DNA of 63,510 nt, filler included, from Alloascoidea hylecoeti (taxonomy: Eukaryota): assembly GCA_001600815.1 (NCBI GenBank). It is 6 parts of 6 records of this genome, joined end to end, with 100 filler letters (N's around TTAATTAATTAA, not from the genome) between each part and the next. Parts side by side here need not be neighbours in the genome. Positions count along the whole stretch, not along the records: positions 30,091 to 47,798 come from BCKZ01000028.1; 5 more parts are not named here. The stretch is one strand, 5' to 3'. Below, one piece after another: positions 34,954 through 46,669 of this stretch. The position numbers and the translations under genes were made by a program. The notes below the pieces were generated by a model. It had not been told where the DNA came from, did not search any database, and saw only the letters and a program-made list of their open reading frames with translations. How positions within the stretch are numbered: the stretch's first letter is position 1; each line of letters starts with the position of its first letter.

Positions 34954-36381
34954 ATGTCTACAGGATTTTTAAAAGTTAAAGGAACAAAAATTGTTGATAA
35001 AAACGATAACCCAGTTGTGTTAGTTGGTTCCGCACTTGGTGGCTCATTGAATATGGAAAACTTTATAACAGGTTATCCAGGAACAGAAACAGAACATAAA
35101 GAAGCATTATTAAAATCAATGGGTAAAGAAAAATTTGATTATTTTTTTAAAAAATTTTATGAATATTGGTGGATGGATGAAGATGCTAAATTTTTTAAAT
35201 CATTAAATTTTAATTGTTTAAGAATTCCAATTAATTATCATCATTTTATTGATGATTCTGATTTATTTAAAATTAAATCAGATGCATTTGATATTTTAGA
35301 TAGATACATTAATATTTGTTCAAAAAATGAAATTTATTCAATAATTGATTTACATACTGTACCTGGTGGACAAAATCAAGATTGGCATAGTGATTCTGGA
35401 CTTCATAAAGCTATATTTTGGACTTTTGGTCATTTTCAAGATGCAATTGTTAATCTTTGGAAAGAAATTGCTATTCATTATAAGGACAATAAATGGGTTG
35501 CTGGTTATAATTTATTGAATGAACCTGCTGATTCTAAGCATTATCGTTTGGTAAATTTTTATAATAGGACCGAAAAATCCATTAGATCAGTTGATCCAAA
35601 TCATATTTTATATGTAGATGGAAATACATATGCTGGTGATTTTAGACAATTTCCAAAGACTCCTTATCCAAATACCGTTTATTCTATTCATGATTATGTT
35701 ATTTATGGGTTCCCTGGATTTGAAACATATGTCGGATCACAAGCACAAAAGGCTAAATTAAATCATCAATATGAAAGAAAAATTGAACCTATGAAAGAAT
35801 TACAAGTACCTGTTTGGAATGGTGAATTTGGACCTGTATATGCTTCTGAGGTTAGAGGTGATTCAAACGTTGAAGAAACAAACAGAGCAAGATATGCGGT
35901 ATTGAAAGATCAATTGGAAATTTATAAACATGGTGATTCATCAGGTGATAAAAGTCCAATTTCTTGGACAATTTGGTTATATAAAGATATTGGATATCAA
36001 GGCTTAGTTTATGTTTCACCAAATTCAAAATGGTATAAATTATTAGGCCCTTGGTTACAAAAGAAAAAATCACTTGGTATTGATAAATGGGGTAATGATT
36101 GTGATCCAAAAGTTCAAAAACTTTATACTGATTTAATTGATCATTTTGAAGAAGTTATACCGAAGGAACATCACAAAGCTTTATACCCACCAATTTGGAC
36201 AATTAAAGATTATGTTCAAAGAGTATCAAGAGAACTCGTATTATCTCAATATTTAGGATATGAATTTGCTGATTATTTTAAAGATTTATCATTTGACGAA
36301 TTAGATGAATTAGCTGCATCATTTAAATTTGAAAATGTTCAACAAAGATCTGAATTAAATAAGATTCTAAGTGATTTTTAA
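34954..36381 (+). CDS. Glycoside hydrolase family 5 (GH5_22-like, no signal peptide; beta-xylosidase/glucosidase candidate)
   Basis: NMENFITGYPG, NCLRIPINYHHF, DLHTVPGGQNQDWHSD, YNLLNEP (acid/base) and WNGEFGP (nucleophile). Confidence 0.9.
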   Translation: MSTGFLKVKGTKIVDKNDNPVVLVGSALGGSLNMENFITGYPGTETEHKEALLKSMGKEKFDYFFKKFYEYWWMDEDAKFFKSLNFNCLRIPINYHHFIDDSDLFKIKSDAFDILDRYINICSKNEIYSIIDLHTVPGGQNQDWHSDSGLHKAIFWTFGHFQDAIVNLWKEIAIHYKDNKWVAGYNLLNEPADSKHYRLVNFYNRTEKSIRSVDPNHILYVDGNTYAGDFRQFPKTPYPNTVYSIHDYVIYGFPGFETYVGSQAQKAKLNHQYERKIEPMKELQVPVWNGEFGPVYASEVRGDSNVEETNRARYAVLKDQLEIYKHGDSSGDKSPISWTIWLYKDIGYQGLVYVSPNSKWYKLLGPWLQKKKSLGIDKWGNDCDPKVQKLYTDLIDHFEEVIPKEHHKALYPPIWTIKDYVQRVSRELVLSQYLGYEFADYFKDLSFDELDELAASFKFENVQQRSELNKILSDF

Positions 36382-36704
36382 AATATGTTTATATTTTTGA
36401 TACAAGGTTAACGACTTTTTCTATGGAAGTATTAATCGGATATGCATGAGAGTGATCAAGAACTCTTCGGGTTTAAAAGGGAATGGTTTTCTATATGAGA
36501 AATAAAATGATGTTAGTATGAGTAACTATATAATAGTAAATAAATAAATTATATCGGCCTATATATAAGGTATATTAAGAATGTCACTCTAGATCTATCC
36601 GAACTCGAAATGTACATATAATTCATAATTATAATCTATTATAGAGCACCATGTGAATTAGTACCATATTTAATAATTTTTTAGTGGTGATTGTAGAACT
36701 TTGG

Positions 36705-36945
36705 CCGTTTAATCTGAGCATGGAGGTGTTTTTCTATGAATACATCATCAGAAATTAACTTTTTTGTTGGATGAAGAATACGCAAGAGGATTTTCAATAA
36801 AGATGAATCATGAGAATCTTATCAAACACTTAAAAGGTCGGAATGGGTGAATAATAGTTTGTAGAGACACATGCTGGATGGAGAATTCTCGAGGAGCATT
36901 CAACAAACAATTCAATTTCCACATTTAGACACCAGTACTGAGAAC
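36705..36945 (+). mobile_element. Possible degenerate Tc1 transposase DDE relic
   Basis: AWRCFSMN (cf. VWGCFS), KMNHENLIKHL (cf. MNS..YI.IL) and IQQ...PH (cf. QQDNAPxH) occur in order, with stops and frameshifts. Confidence 0.35.
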
Positions 36946-39135
36946 TCTTTAAAAACAAAATGAAAACAACAATGAAGTAAGGTTAGGAAAGGTAAGAGCC
37001 AAGTTGCACAATGAAAAGCTGATGATAACATGGAGAGGAAACCTTATTTCATTTGAGATGAATATCTATCCAAAAGCATGGTAAAGAAGAAACCCTTCAA
37101 TTTTGAATTAAAAACAAAAGAACTCGTAAAAATATATCAATTAAATTTATTCTGATAAATAGTTTAAATATATAGAAAAAATTAGTGTCGTTGATGGTTT
37201 TTTTTTTTAATAAACACATTGTTTGTGGGTGGTTGTAGTTCTTAGTTCTATTATTATATCCTCCTTTAATTGAAAAAAATATGCTTGATGTTAATTTTAT
37301 ATGTCTAATAGTGCGAGCTAAACACCATAACTAGTTCAAGTTGGTATGTTTAATACCAGTTGCGTATGAGGTCGTAACAGGTTTCTTTTCCATACCCTTA
37401 ATTTTAAAAGATTAGTAGATATCATTTAAAACAATTTAATGGCTGTAAAGGTTTGTTGTAGTAATCATAAAAGATTATTGATTGATATTATATTATTCTG
37501 TGAGTGATATATGCTGACTTTTATCACCAATATTAAGATCATGAAAGAATAAGATTGAATTATATGTTGATTATCCATCAGTAATTTTGCTTCATATATC
37601 CTGAATTTAACGACCACAGATCTCTCTTCTAAACATTAATATCTAGTCGATGTTACAGAAATGAAAGAAAAGAAGTTAAATGAATCAGAGATAAAAATAC
37701 GTAATTGGTTGCAGAATATCATCATTTGGATCGCTCGATGTGGAGGACTAAATCAATTTTACCTGACCATCACACCCAACAGCAAAGTTGAAGGCCATAT
37801 AAGAACTCTGCAGCACTTTTACAACTAAGAAGAGATTTTAAATTGACAATAAACCGAACTCCAAGGTGTTTCTAGTATAAAAATGTCGGGGGGTTTCTTT
37901 GGGCTTTTTTTTTTTGATGATTATGAAAGAAAGAATCATCCCCGGATGAAAACACACGAAACTTCCGGGATATACAGTATAAGATAGTATTCATCAGAAG
38001 ACCTTACTACATATGTGAATTCGTTAATAAATCTTGAATGGGTCACAATATATCAATATTTTGGTCTATACAACTGAAATATCTAATCTACAACCTGTAC
38101 AAGTCATAATTGGGGCTAAAAGAGCTCTATAGTTAAGCTTTTGCAATGCCGTGTCAAAATTTACTTATCGGACCATAATATACGCACACTGATATCAATT
38201 GTTAACAAATATAAAATTATTAGTCTTCAAGAGCCCACAATCGTAAATAATTTAAAAAACAATGCTTATTTCTATCTAAATAAGACAGTTGAAGGAAATT
38301 AATCAATGTTTGAGCTGAGTAGTATGATATATTCGCTTAATAATGTTAAGTGTATCAATATTGATTTTAGCGCTTTGTTATTCAAATATCGATATAGTTC
38401 CAATAACGTGTGTATCATTTTTAATTGTGACTGCCCGTTGTTACTTGTTCACAACCATAATTAACTTAACATTGAAGGACTCTGGTTCAAATAATACAGC
38501 TGTTCTGTAGCTATTGTTTGGGATTGTAAAGAATCGTAAACTCCTAATTTTCCTATTCACACCGTGACTATGGTGTTAACGTTAAGGCGTCCTGATATTA
38601 ATAAGGAAACACCTTGTAACTCTACAATTACAATAGGCATTGGATGATTGAATACATGTAGTTTTACATCTATAACTAAAGATGAACCAGGTTCCTATAT
38701 TTTTAGCAATAAACCCAGTCAACACCCTTGGGCATCTTAATGTTTTCCAAGCATACTTAAAACTTTCATTTTTCAAACATTTAAACAATAATCACAATAG
38801 AATTTCAATGGGCTTTACATAATTACAGAACATCTTTAATTAATTATAAATTTATAATCTTGTTTCCTGATAAATTATTTGAGTATCATTAGGTGTTCTG
38901 TTGTATTGGTGTCTTGAATAATTTTCTTTTTGTGAAAACCAAACATTACAATTTCAAGAAATAAGCTTAAATATGACCTGGAAAGAAAAGCGGGGGAAAA
39001 TGGGTTGTTAATGGTGACTTCGAAACTCAAATGTCAATTTTGACAAAAATAGACATAGTATAAAGCATCGCTGTTTTCCTCTTTCAACCATCATTTAAGA
39101 CCTATTTTTAAAACTTTTATTAATTAAAAACAAAA

Positions 39136-41619
39136 ATGGCTGATATTGATGTTGAAAGTGTTCTTCAACAATTAACTTTGAGTGAAAAAATTGCTCTTAC
39201 TTCAGGATCCGATTTCTGGCACACAGTAGCTGTTCCACGTCTTGGAGTTCCATCCCTTCGTCTTTCCGATGGTCCAAATGGTGTTAGAGGTACAAAATTC
39301 TTTGATAGTGTTCCTGCTGCTTGTTTACCAAATGAAGTTGGTTTAGCTGCTACATGGAATACTAAATTGCTAACTGAAGTTGGTGAATTACTTGCCGAAG
39401 AAGCTAAAGCTAAAGGTGCTCATGTTTTATTAGGTCCAACTCTTAATATTCAAAGATCTCCATTATGTGGTCGTGCTTTTGAATCATTTTCAGAAGATCC
39501 ACTTTTATCTGGTAAATTGACTGCTAGTTATGTTAATGGTTTACAATCAAAAAATGTAGCTGCTACTTTAAAGCATTATGTTTGTAATGATCAGGAAGAA
39601 GAAAGACATTCAGTTGATGTCGTTGTTACTGAAAGAGCTTTAAGAGAAATTTATTTACAACCATTTCAAATTGCAACCCGTGAATCCAATCCAAAATGTT
39701 ATATGACATCTTATAGTAGATTAGAAGGTAAACATGGTACTGAACAAAAAAGAATGATGGAAGATGTTTTAAGAGGTGAATGGGGTTGGAATGGACTTAT
39801 TATGTCAGATTGGTTTGGTGTAACCAGTACATCTGGAAGTATCAATGCTGGTTTAGATTTAGAAATGCCTGGTCCATCAATTTGGAGAGGTAAGCTTTTA
39901 AAATTTGCTTATTATATGAAAAATATAACACCAAATACTTTAGATGAAAGAGTTAGAAATGTTTTAAATTTGGTTAAATATGCTGTAGGTGCAAATATTC
40001 CAACTGATATTATTGAATCTGGCAGAAATATCCCAGAAACAAGTCAATTTTTAAGAAAATTAGCTTCAGAAACTTGTACTTTATTAAAAAATGATACAAA
40101 TATATTACCATTATCTAAAACTAAAAAAATTTTAATTATTGGTCCAAGTGCGAAAATTGCAAATTATTGTGGTGGTGGTTCAGCATCATTAAACCCATAT
40201 TATTCAATTTCTCCATATGATGCATTTGTTGAAATTTTAGGAAAAGATAATGTCGATTTTTCAATTGGTGCTTATTCTCATAAATTACATCCATCAATGG
40301 CATCAATGTTAATTCCATTTGAGTCAGGTGAAAATGTTAAAGTCTCTGTTTATTTAGAAGCTCCAGAAGTTAAAGATAGAAAACCAATTGATTTTATGTC
40401 ATTAAAAGATTTTAAAGCTCAATTTTTTGATTATGAAATTCCTGTTGAATATAAAGATCATAAAGGTTCTGTTTATATGAAATTTGAAGCTATTGCTAAA
40501 GTTTCTGAATCTGGTAAATATTCATTTGGTTTAACTGGTCCAGCAAGTTATAAACTTTATCAAGATGATGAATTAATTTTAGATGATTGGACTAATAAAG
40601 ATACTTCAGTTACAACTGATATTTTTGGAAGTAATGAAGTTGTTACTGAATCTGAATTAATTTCAGGAAAAGAACATAAAATAGTTGTTGAATTTAAATC
40701 TGCACATTCTCTTGGTGGTTATGGAAATATTGATCTTGGTTGTGCTAAAGTTATTGATCCAATTGAATCGATTAAAGAAGCTTCTGAATTAGCTAAAAAA
40801 TATGATCAAGTTGTTGTTGTTACAGGTACAAATAAAGATTGGGAAAGTGAAGGTCATGATAGATCAAGTATTGATTTACCACCACATAATGATGCACTTA
40901 TTGAATCTGTTCTTTCTGCTAATCCAAACGCTGTTATTATTATTCAATCTGGTTCTGCCGTTGCTATGCCATGGGCTGATAAAGCTTCTGCTATATTACA
41001 TGGTCCTTTTGGTGGTAATGAAGTTGGTAATGGTTTAGCTGATATTATATTTGGTGATGTTAATCCTTCTGGTAAATTGCCAATTACATTTCCTAAAAAA
41101 ATCGAAGATACTCCTGCATTCCTTAATTTTTCTTCTGATAAGGGTAGAGTTTTATATGGTGAAGATGTTTATGTTGGTTATAGATATTATGAAAAAAGAA
41201 AAATTGAACCACAATTTGCTTTTGGTCATGGTTTATCTTATACAACATTTAAAATTGAAAATGCTTTTGCATCTGATAATATCGATGGGAAAGTTTCAAT
41301 TACTGTTGATGTTACAAATACTGGTAAACTTGCTGGATCTGAAATTGTTCAGCTTTATATATCTCAAGATAAAACTTCTTTAAATAGACCAATTAAAGAA
41401 TTAAAAGGATTTTCTAAAGTATTTTTACAACCTGGTGAAACTAAGAAATCAACTATTGAATTAGAAGTTAAATATGCAACTTCATATTGGAATGAATTGG
41501 AAGATAGTTGGACTTATGATGCTGGTGATTATACTGTTTTAGTTGGTAATTCAAGTGCTGGACCTTTTGTCAATACCAAATTTTCTGTTCCAAAAACTAC
41601 ATATTGGAGAGGTGCTTAA
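39136..41619 (+). CDS. GH3 intracellular beta-glucosidase (PA14-insert type)
   Basis: SDGPNGVRG, GRAFESFSEDP, KHYVCNDQE, IMSDWFG (nucleophile), ESEGHDR, GDVNPSGKLPITFP, and FnIII RPIKELKGFSKV. No signal peptide. Confidence 0.96.
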   Translation: MADIDVESVLQQLTLSEKIALTSGSDFWHTVAVPRLGVPSLRLSDGPNGVRGTKFFDSVPAACLPNEVGLAATWNTKLLTEVGELLAEEAKAKGAHVLLGPTLNIQRSPLCGRAFESFSEDPLLSGKLTASYVNGLQSKNVAATLKHYVCNDQEEERHSVDVVVTERALREIYLQPFQIATRESNPKCYMTSYSRLEGKHGTEQKRMMEDVLRGEWGWNGLIMSDWFGVTSTSGSINAGLDLEMPGPSIWRGKLLKFAYYMKNITPNTLDERVRNVLNLVKYAVGANIPTDIIESGRNIPETSQFLRKLASETCTLLKNDTNILPLSKTKKILIIGPSAKIANYCGGGSASLNPYYSISPYDAFVEILGKDNVDFSIGAYSHKLHPSMASMLIPFESGENVKVSVYLEAPEVKDRKPIDFMSLKDFKAQFFDYEIPVEYKDHKGSVYMKFEAIAKVSESGKYSFGLTGPASYKLYQDDELILDDWTNKDTSVTTDIFGSNEVVTESELISGKEHKIVVEFKSAHSLGGYGNIDLGCAKVIDPIESIKEASELAKKYDQVVVVTGTNKDWESEGHDRSSIDLPPHNDALIESVLSANPNAVIIIQSGSAVAMPWADKASAILHGPFGGNEVGNGLADIIFGDVNPSGKLPITFPKKIEDTPAFLNFSSDKGRVLYGEDVYVGYRYYEKRKIEPQFAFGHGLSYTTFKIENAFASDNIDGKVSITVDVTNTGKLAGSEIVQLYISQDKTSLNRPIKELKGFSKVFLQPGETKKSTIELEVKYATSYWNELEDSWTYDAGDYTVLVGNSSAGPFVNTKFSVPKTTYWRGA

Positions 41620-41772
41620 ATATTTCATAAAAAGAGAAAAAATAGTTTAAATTTGTTAAAGAATCAATAACATGGGTTTTAATTTTATGCTGTTATAGTT
41701 TATAGAATTTAAACATAATTTTTATTTTAGTGGAATGTGAACTATTTAGTATTGTTATGCGTCAGTATAACG

Positions 41773-42475
41773 TTAACATAGGAATTTATAGATTATGGTT
41801 TCCACTCTAAGTTGTTGAAGAACACTTTTAACGTCAATATCAGCCATTGTTTTAATAAATATAATAAAGAAGCAAATGATAGTGTGGAAGAGGAAACAGT
41901 GATTCTTTTATGCTATTCTTGTCAAATATTTCTCACAATTAAACCGTTAACAACCCATTTGTTTCCAGGTCATATTTAAATATAAGCTTACTTTTGAAAA
42001 CTGCAAGCTCTCACAAAAAGAATCACTTCAATTGAATACAACAGGAATATAATTTAGCAGCATTACGTATAAACTTATAATATTCTATAATTATGCCAAC
42101 CAACCCTATTGGATTTATTATCTAAATGTTCAAACAGATAAATAAGTATGCCTAGTGAGCACTGAGATGTTCTATTTAACAACGCTAAAAATTTTGGAAC
42201 CTCGGCCATCTTCAATTATACATGGAAAACTAAATATCTATTCTTATTTCCAAGCCAGAAGGAGTTCTCTTCTTAAGATCAGGAGACCGACAAAAGTATT
42301 TATGTGTATGAAAGGTAACACTATTTTCCCTTTAGTTACGGTAATGTGGGGGAAGGTTGGGAGTTTATTATCGATTTTTACAATCACAGAAAAGAGTTCA
42401 CAATACGATTGTGATAACTGTACTACTTGTATATCTGCAGAACAGCTGTATTATTTGATTCAGAGTCTTTCTAAT
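41773..42475 (-). pseudogene. Inverted relic of a GH3 paralog: about 630 bp of promoter plus first ~13 codons (24-aa mini-ORF 41847-41773)
   Basis: Minus strand MADIDVKSVLQQL vs GH3 MADIDVESVLQQL. Colinear promoter blocks match 38470-39171 (e.g. taaatatgacctggaaa, cagaacagctgtattatttga). Confidence 0.88.
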
Positions 42476-43429
42476 TATTGATTACAGGAAAACTTATTAT
42501 ACATTCTCTATCATTGAAAAGAATAACACTAGAATAAGTTATACTCAAAACAATAAAAAATGCTAACAACTCATTTGACCCCAATCTTCAGAGCTTGATC
42601 ATTGATATCATTGTTTTGAGATTAGTTCTATATTTGGGTATTGAATAACACTAGCAACTATAATTATACTTATGGGTAGTACCTTATCATTAGATTTAAT
42701 ATACGATCGGAACCACTGATATGTTAAAGATTTAACTTATTTAACACTAAGATTTAAAAAAAAAAAATCTAATAAGTGCTATATTTGAAGATTCCTACTA
42801 ACTCAAACTAGCGAACATATAGATAAAAAAAAATATTAATTATAAAGCTTAAAAGGAGAATGAACCTTTATATTTTTCAGACCACACCCAGATATTAAAA
42901 TTTGATAATGAAGGGATCTGCTAATAACCTTTGCGGTTGCGGAACATAAGTCTACTATAATTTAGTGATGTCAACTTCATTCCAGCACTAGTTCATGAGT
43001 GCCCTCTGGTCACTAGGGGCCATTTGTGTATTAGAAGCTTTTGGTGCGTTAGGCGCCCATAAGGTTTAAGTTGAGCTTCTAAAGCTGTTTTAATTCACCC
43101 ATATGGAATGGTGCATACACAATAATTTTCCCATTTTGGGTCATTACATGTTATGTATGCAGCACATCTCATTTAGCAATATCTGTCCAACAAATAACTA
43201 CTTTTCGTAAGAATTCTAATTTATTTCCTCTTTCCTTCATAGTAGCCTCATCTAAATCTTTATGCTTTGCAATGTTCGAAACAGGTCAATTTCTATCAGC
43301 TGAATCGTGCTTTCATCTCTAAGGTGTATTACATTTTAGAAGCACTATTCATAGTCGTTTAATAAAGGATTAGATTGTCTTTATTAAAGCTTGTTTTTGT
43401 CATGATCAGCTATGAAATGAGGCTTGACG

Positions 43430-43490
43430 TTTAGTACTTACTATATAGTCAGCCATTTCTCCTTGTATTTATAGAACAGATATATATATA
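43430..43490 (+). mobile_element. Partial LTR, family B
   Basis: ttactatatagtcagccatt...acagatatatata matches the reverse complement of ~47130-47185. Confidence 0.6.
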
Positions 43491-43583
43491 TGTTAAAGTT
43501 CAAAGTGCCTGTTCTCCCAGTTGCGCCAAAAAGCCAATCGACTCTTTAGTGAACTGTTCTAAGAGTGTAATATATATCCAACA
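43491..43583 (-). mobile_element. Short LTR-like element, family A (93 bp)
   Basis: Reverse complement of 45105-45195 with few changes. No TSD visible. Confidence 0.85.
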
Positions 43584-43629
43584 TCAAATACTATCAATAT
43601 ATTTATATTAATTAATAAACGAACTAAAG

Positions 43630-43912
43630 GTATTAATAACTATAAATAAGATAATTAGAATGGAAGATAAACAATCAACAAGCAGGTATACAGCCAATAG
43701 TCTTGGTCCACAAGTCGTAGACCTCTCGGAAAGAGTCAAGAAAATCGAAGATTCAAATGCCTTAATGACTAAGAAGATTGATGATATGATCGAAACATTC
43801 AATAGGCATATGAATGTCAAGGGCTTAACGAATAAGGATAATTTGGATAAAGTAGATCTTGAATCTGCATATGAAGAAAAACAAGATGTGAATACACCTT
43901 CATTTGCTTACC
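43630..43912 (+). mobile_element. Truncated ORF start (probable gag N-terminus), inverted-duplicated at 46220-46505
   Basis: MEDKQSTSRYTANSLGPQVVDLSERVKKIEDSN..SFAY is nearly identical to ORF 46217-46477(-). The gag assignment is inferred from context only. Confidence 0.55.
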
Positions 43913-44306
43913 ATTCATTCCCCCTTATCATTCGCAAACTTATACCACTTATTACCTGCATTTTAACTTCCTTACCTTATACATCTAATTACTTATATCT
44001 TTTTTCATACATTTACTACCACTTCACTCAATTCTTAATTCATTAATATAATAATCTTACCATTTAAAAAATCGATCCTTCATATCATCTCCAATTCAAA
44101 GCTTCTATTAGAATATTCTAAACTCTATCCTTATCTCTTCTTCATCAATCCCTCCTCCTTACCACTTCATCTACTCCATAACAAGTCTCTTCAATACCTT
44201 CAAACTTCACAACCCAACGATCCTTAATTTAAATACCTTCACTTCTCATCTCCATCTCACCACCACATTACTTTACCTAAATTTCTATTACTTTACTATT
44301 ACGTCT

Positions 44307-44581
44307 TGTTGATTATATGCAAGAACATGGTGGAACAAATTTATAGTTCCATTTATTATATGCAAGAACATGATGGAACAAATTTATAGACTAAATAGTT
44401 TTCGGGGATTCCATAATAAATATGGAGGAATTCCCACAATTTTAAAGAGTATCGTAAAAATATAATATAATAAGTATATTAATATTTAATTTCCAAGAGT
44501 TTAAGAACAACGTGTTTATACAATCTGAGGACATCAATTAACAATGAGCGAACAAGAATCTTCATCTCATTCTATTCAACA
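44307..44581. mobile_element. Solo LTR, family C (275 bp), TSD CGTCT
   Basis: TGTTGA...TCAACA flanked by CGTCT at 44302-44306 and 44582-44586. Inverted homolog at 45538-45833. Confidence 0.93.
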
Positions 44582-45104
44582 CGTCTAAACTTTCATATTT
44601 ATATACTATAATTTCACCATCCTAAAATCACCTATCATTCACAAATTCTAATACTCAACCCCTCTATAGCCCTCAAATTTCTAATTTTACCCTTACACTC
44701 ATTCCTTCAACTTTTAAACTTCTTTATATTCTTCTCCATCAAACTCCTCTTTACTCCAAACCTCAAAAAATTAATCACCAATTATTCTCTTTTATTTTTC
44801 CACCATAATCACCTTCTGCTTTCCTTCCATTTTCTTTCTCTACTCCACTTCTTTCTATATCTCCAACCATTTCTCTTGCTACATCCCTTATATAATCTCT
44901 TTCCTTGAATTATAATCTCACTAATCACTTCACCCTTTTATTTCCTTCCTTCATCCATTTAACTCTTTAATCTTAAACCATTATAACCCCTCAATCATTC
45001 TTATCCTTCAAAGTCAACCATTCAACTTACAAATCGACCCTTGCCCTGCTACCCTAAAATTTTAAAAATACAATCATTATTTTATCCATTTTTTCATAAC
45101 CTTC

Positions 45105-45195
45105 TGTTGGATATATTACACTCTTGGAACAGTTCACTAAAGAGTCGATTGGCTTTTTGGCGCAACTGGGAGAACAGGCAATTTGAACTTTAACA
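45105..45195 (+). mobile_element. 91-bp solo-LTR-like element, family A, TSD CCTTC
   Basis: TGTTGG...TTAACA flanked by CCTTC at 45100-45104 and 45196-45200. Confidence 0.92.
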
Positions 45196-45469
45196 CCTTC
45201 AAATATCTCTCTTCTCCGCCTATTTTGATCTCTCCTTTTACATAATCATTCATCACCGTCAAATATGATTCCAAACACACACTCCACTACATAATGACTT
45301 CTTAACATCCTTCTCTCTCTAATATTGCCTTTCTTTATTAATTCATGTTGATATTAAGGTAGTTAGTGAGTTAGTAATAGTTACATTCTGGTTTTATGTT
45401 TCACCATCAATCATTTATGCAGATAACATGTTTTAAATAGTGATATATAAGAAGTAGTATTTTCCATAG

Positions 45470-45861
45470 TGTTGGATATATTACACTCTTAGAACAGTTC
45501 ACTAAACAGTCGATTGGCTTTTTGGCGCAACCTGGAGTGTTGAATAGAATTAGATGTTGATTCTTGTTCGCTCATTGTTAATTGATGTCCTCAGATTGTA
45601 TAAACACGTTGTTCTTAAACTCTTGGAAATTAAATATGAATATATTTATTATATTATATTTTTACGATATTTTCTAAAATGTGGGAATTCCTCCATATAA
45701 ATTATGGAATCCCCAAGACTATTTAGTCTAGTTAATCTAAATAATGAACTATAAATTTGTTCCACCATGTTCTTACATATAATCAACAGAACTATAAATT
45801 AGTTCCACCATGTTCTTACATATATAATCAACATGGAGAACAGGGACTTTGAACTTTAACA
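45470..45861 (+). mobile_element. Family A element (TSD CATAG) split by a family C solo LTR
   Basis: A halves are 45470-45537 and 45839-45861. CATAG at 45465-45469 and 45862-45866. Confidence 0.92.
45538..45833. mobile_element. Solo LTR, family C (296 bp), TSD TGGAG
   Basis: TGTTGA...TCAACA flanked by TGGAG at 45533-45537 and 45834-45838. Confidence 0.93.
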
Positions 45862-46216
45862 CATAGATATTAAAAAAGAATAAGAAACAATTAGATTAAG
45901 ATTCGTTCCATCGATGCCGGAAGACACTGATTCTTTATTAACTTTGATAAAGCAACTACAAGAACAAATAATATTATACAGACATGGAAGAGTCTAATTG
46001 TGTAACAATATTTGGATTCCTAACAGCCAAAAAATGTAAAATAATGGAGATTATGGAACTTATGTTGGTATAAGAGGATGGTCAGCATTGATACTTAATA
46101 ATAGGGAAAATTATCGATAACTAAAGATTATAAAATCATTAATGATAATAAGGATAATTTGAAGAAGACACAAGATGAAGAAAATTTAATCAATTCAGAA
46201 GAAATTGATATTGATA

Positions 46217-46505
46217 TTAGTGGAAATAAGCAAATGAAGGTCTATTCACATCTTGTTGTTCTTCATATACACGTTCAAGATCTACTTTATCCAAATCATC
46301 TTTATTCGTTAAGCCCTTGACATTCATAAGCCGGTTGAACGTTTCAATCATCTCATCAATCTTCTTAGTCATTAAGACATTTGAATCTTCAATTTTATTG
46401 ACTCTTTCTGAGAGATCGACGACTTGTGGACCAAGACTATTGGCTGTATACTTGCTTGTTGATGTTTTATCTTTCATTCTAATTATCTTATTTACAGTTA
46501 TTAAT
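46217..46505 (-). mobile_element. Second copy of the truncated gag-like ORF
   Basis: MKDKTSTSKYTANSLGPQVVDLSERVNKIEDSN..SFAY, sharing the leader taaataagataattagaATG with the 43660 copy. Confidence 0.55.
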
Positions 46506-46669
46506 TTTGGGTTTACTAGCCTGAAACATCATAGCTTAGAGGATTTACATTATTTTGAGTGGTAGAATAAATTACATATATATAGAGTAGATGATTTCCA
46601 CTTATAATAAGATAACGAAGAATAGATAAATAATTTTTCTATAACACTTTAAAATCATTTACACAACAA

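Larger units (their letters stand above)
43915..45335 (-). mobile_element. Degenerate retroelement with strong purine skew on minus strand, possibly L1-like LINE ORF2 3' half
   Basis: C/T-rich plus strand. Minus-strand fragments LESYLTVM, RVDL..WLTLKDK..GYNGLRL and a CxxC..C-like end. Interrupted by solo LTRs at 44307 and 45105. Confidence 0.35.
45335..46215 (+). mobile_element. Degenerate copia integrase relic (target of nested LTRs)
   Basis: LIHVDIK, KIRSIDAG (cf. IRSDNG) and IFGF...GTYVGI fragments in order, with stops. Confidence 0.45.
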
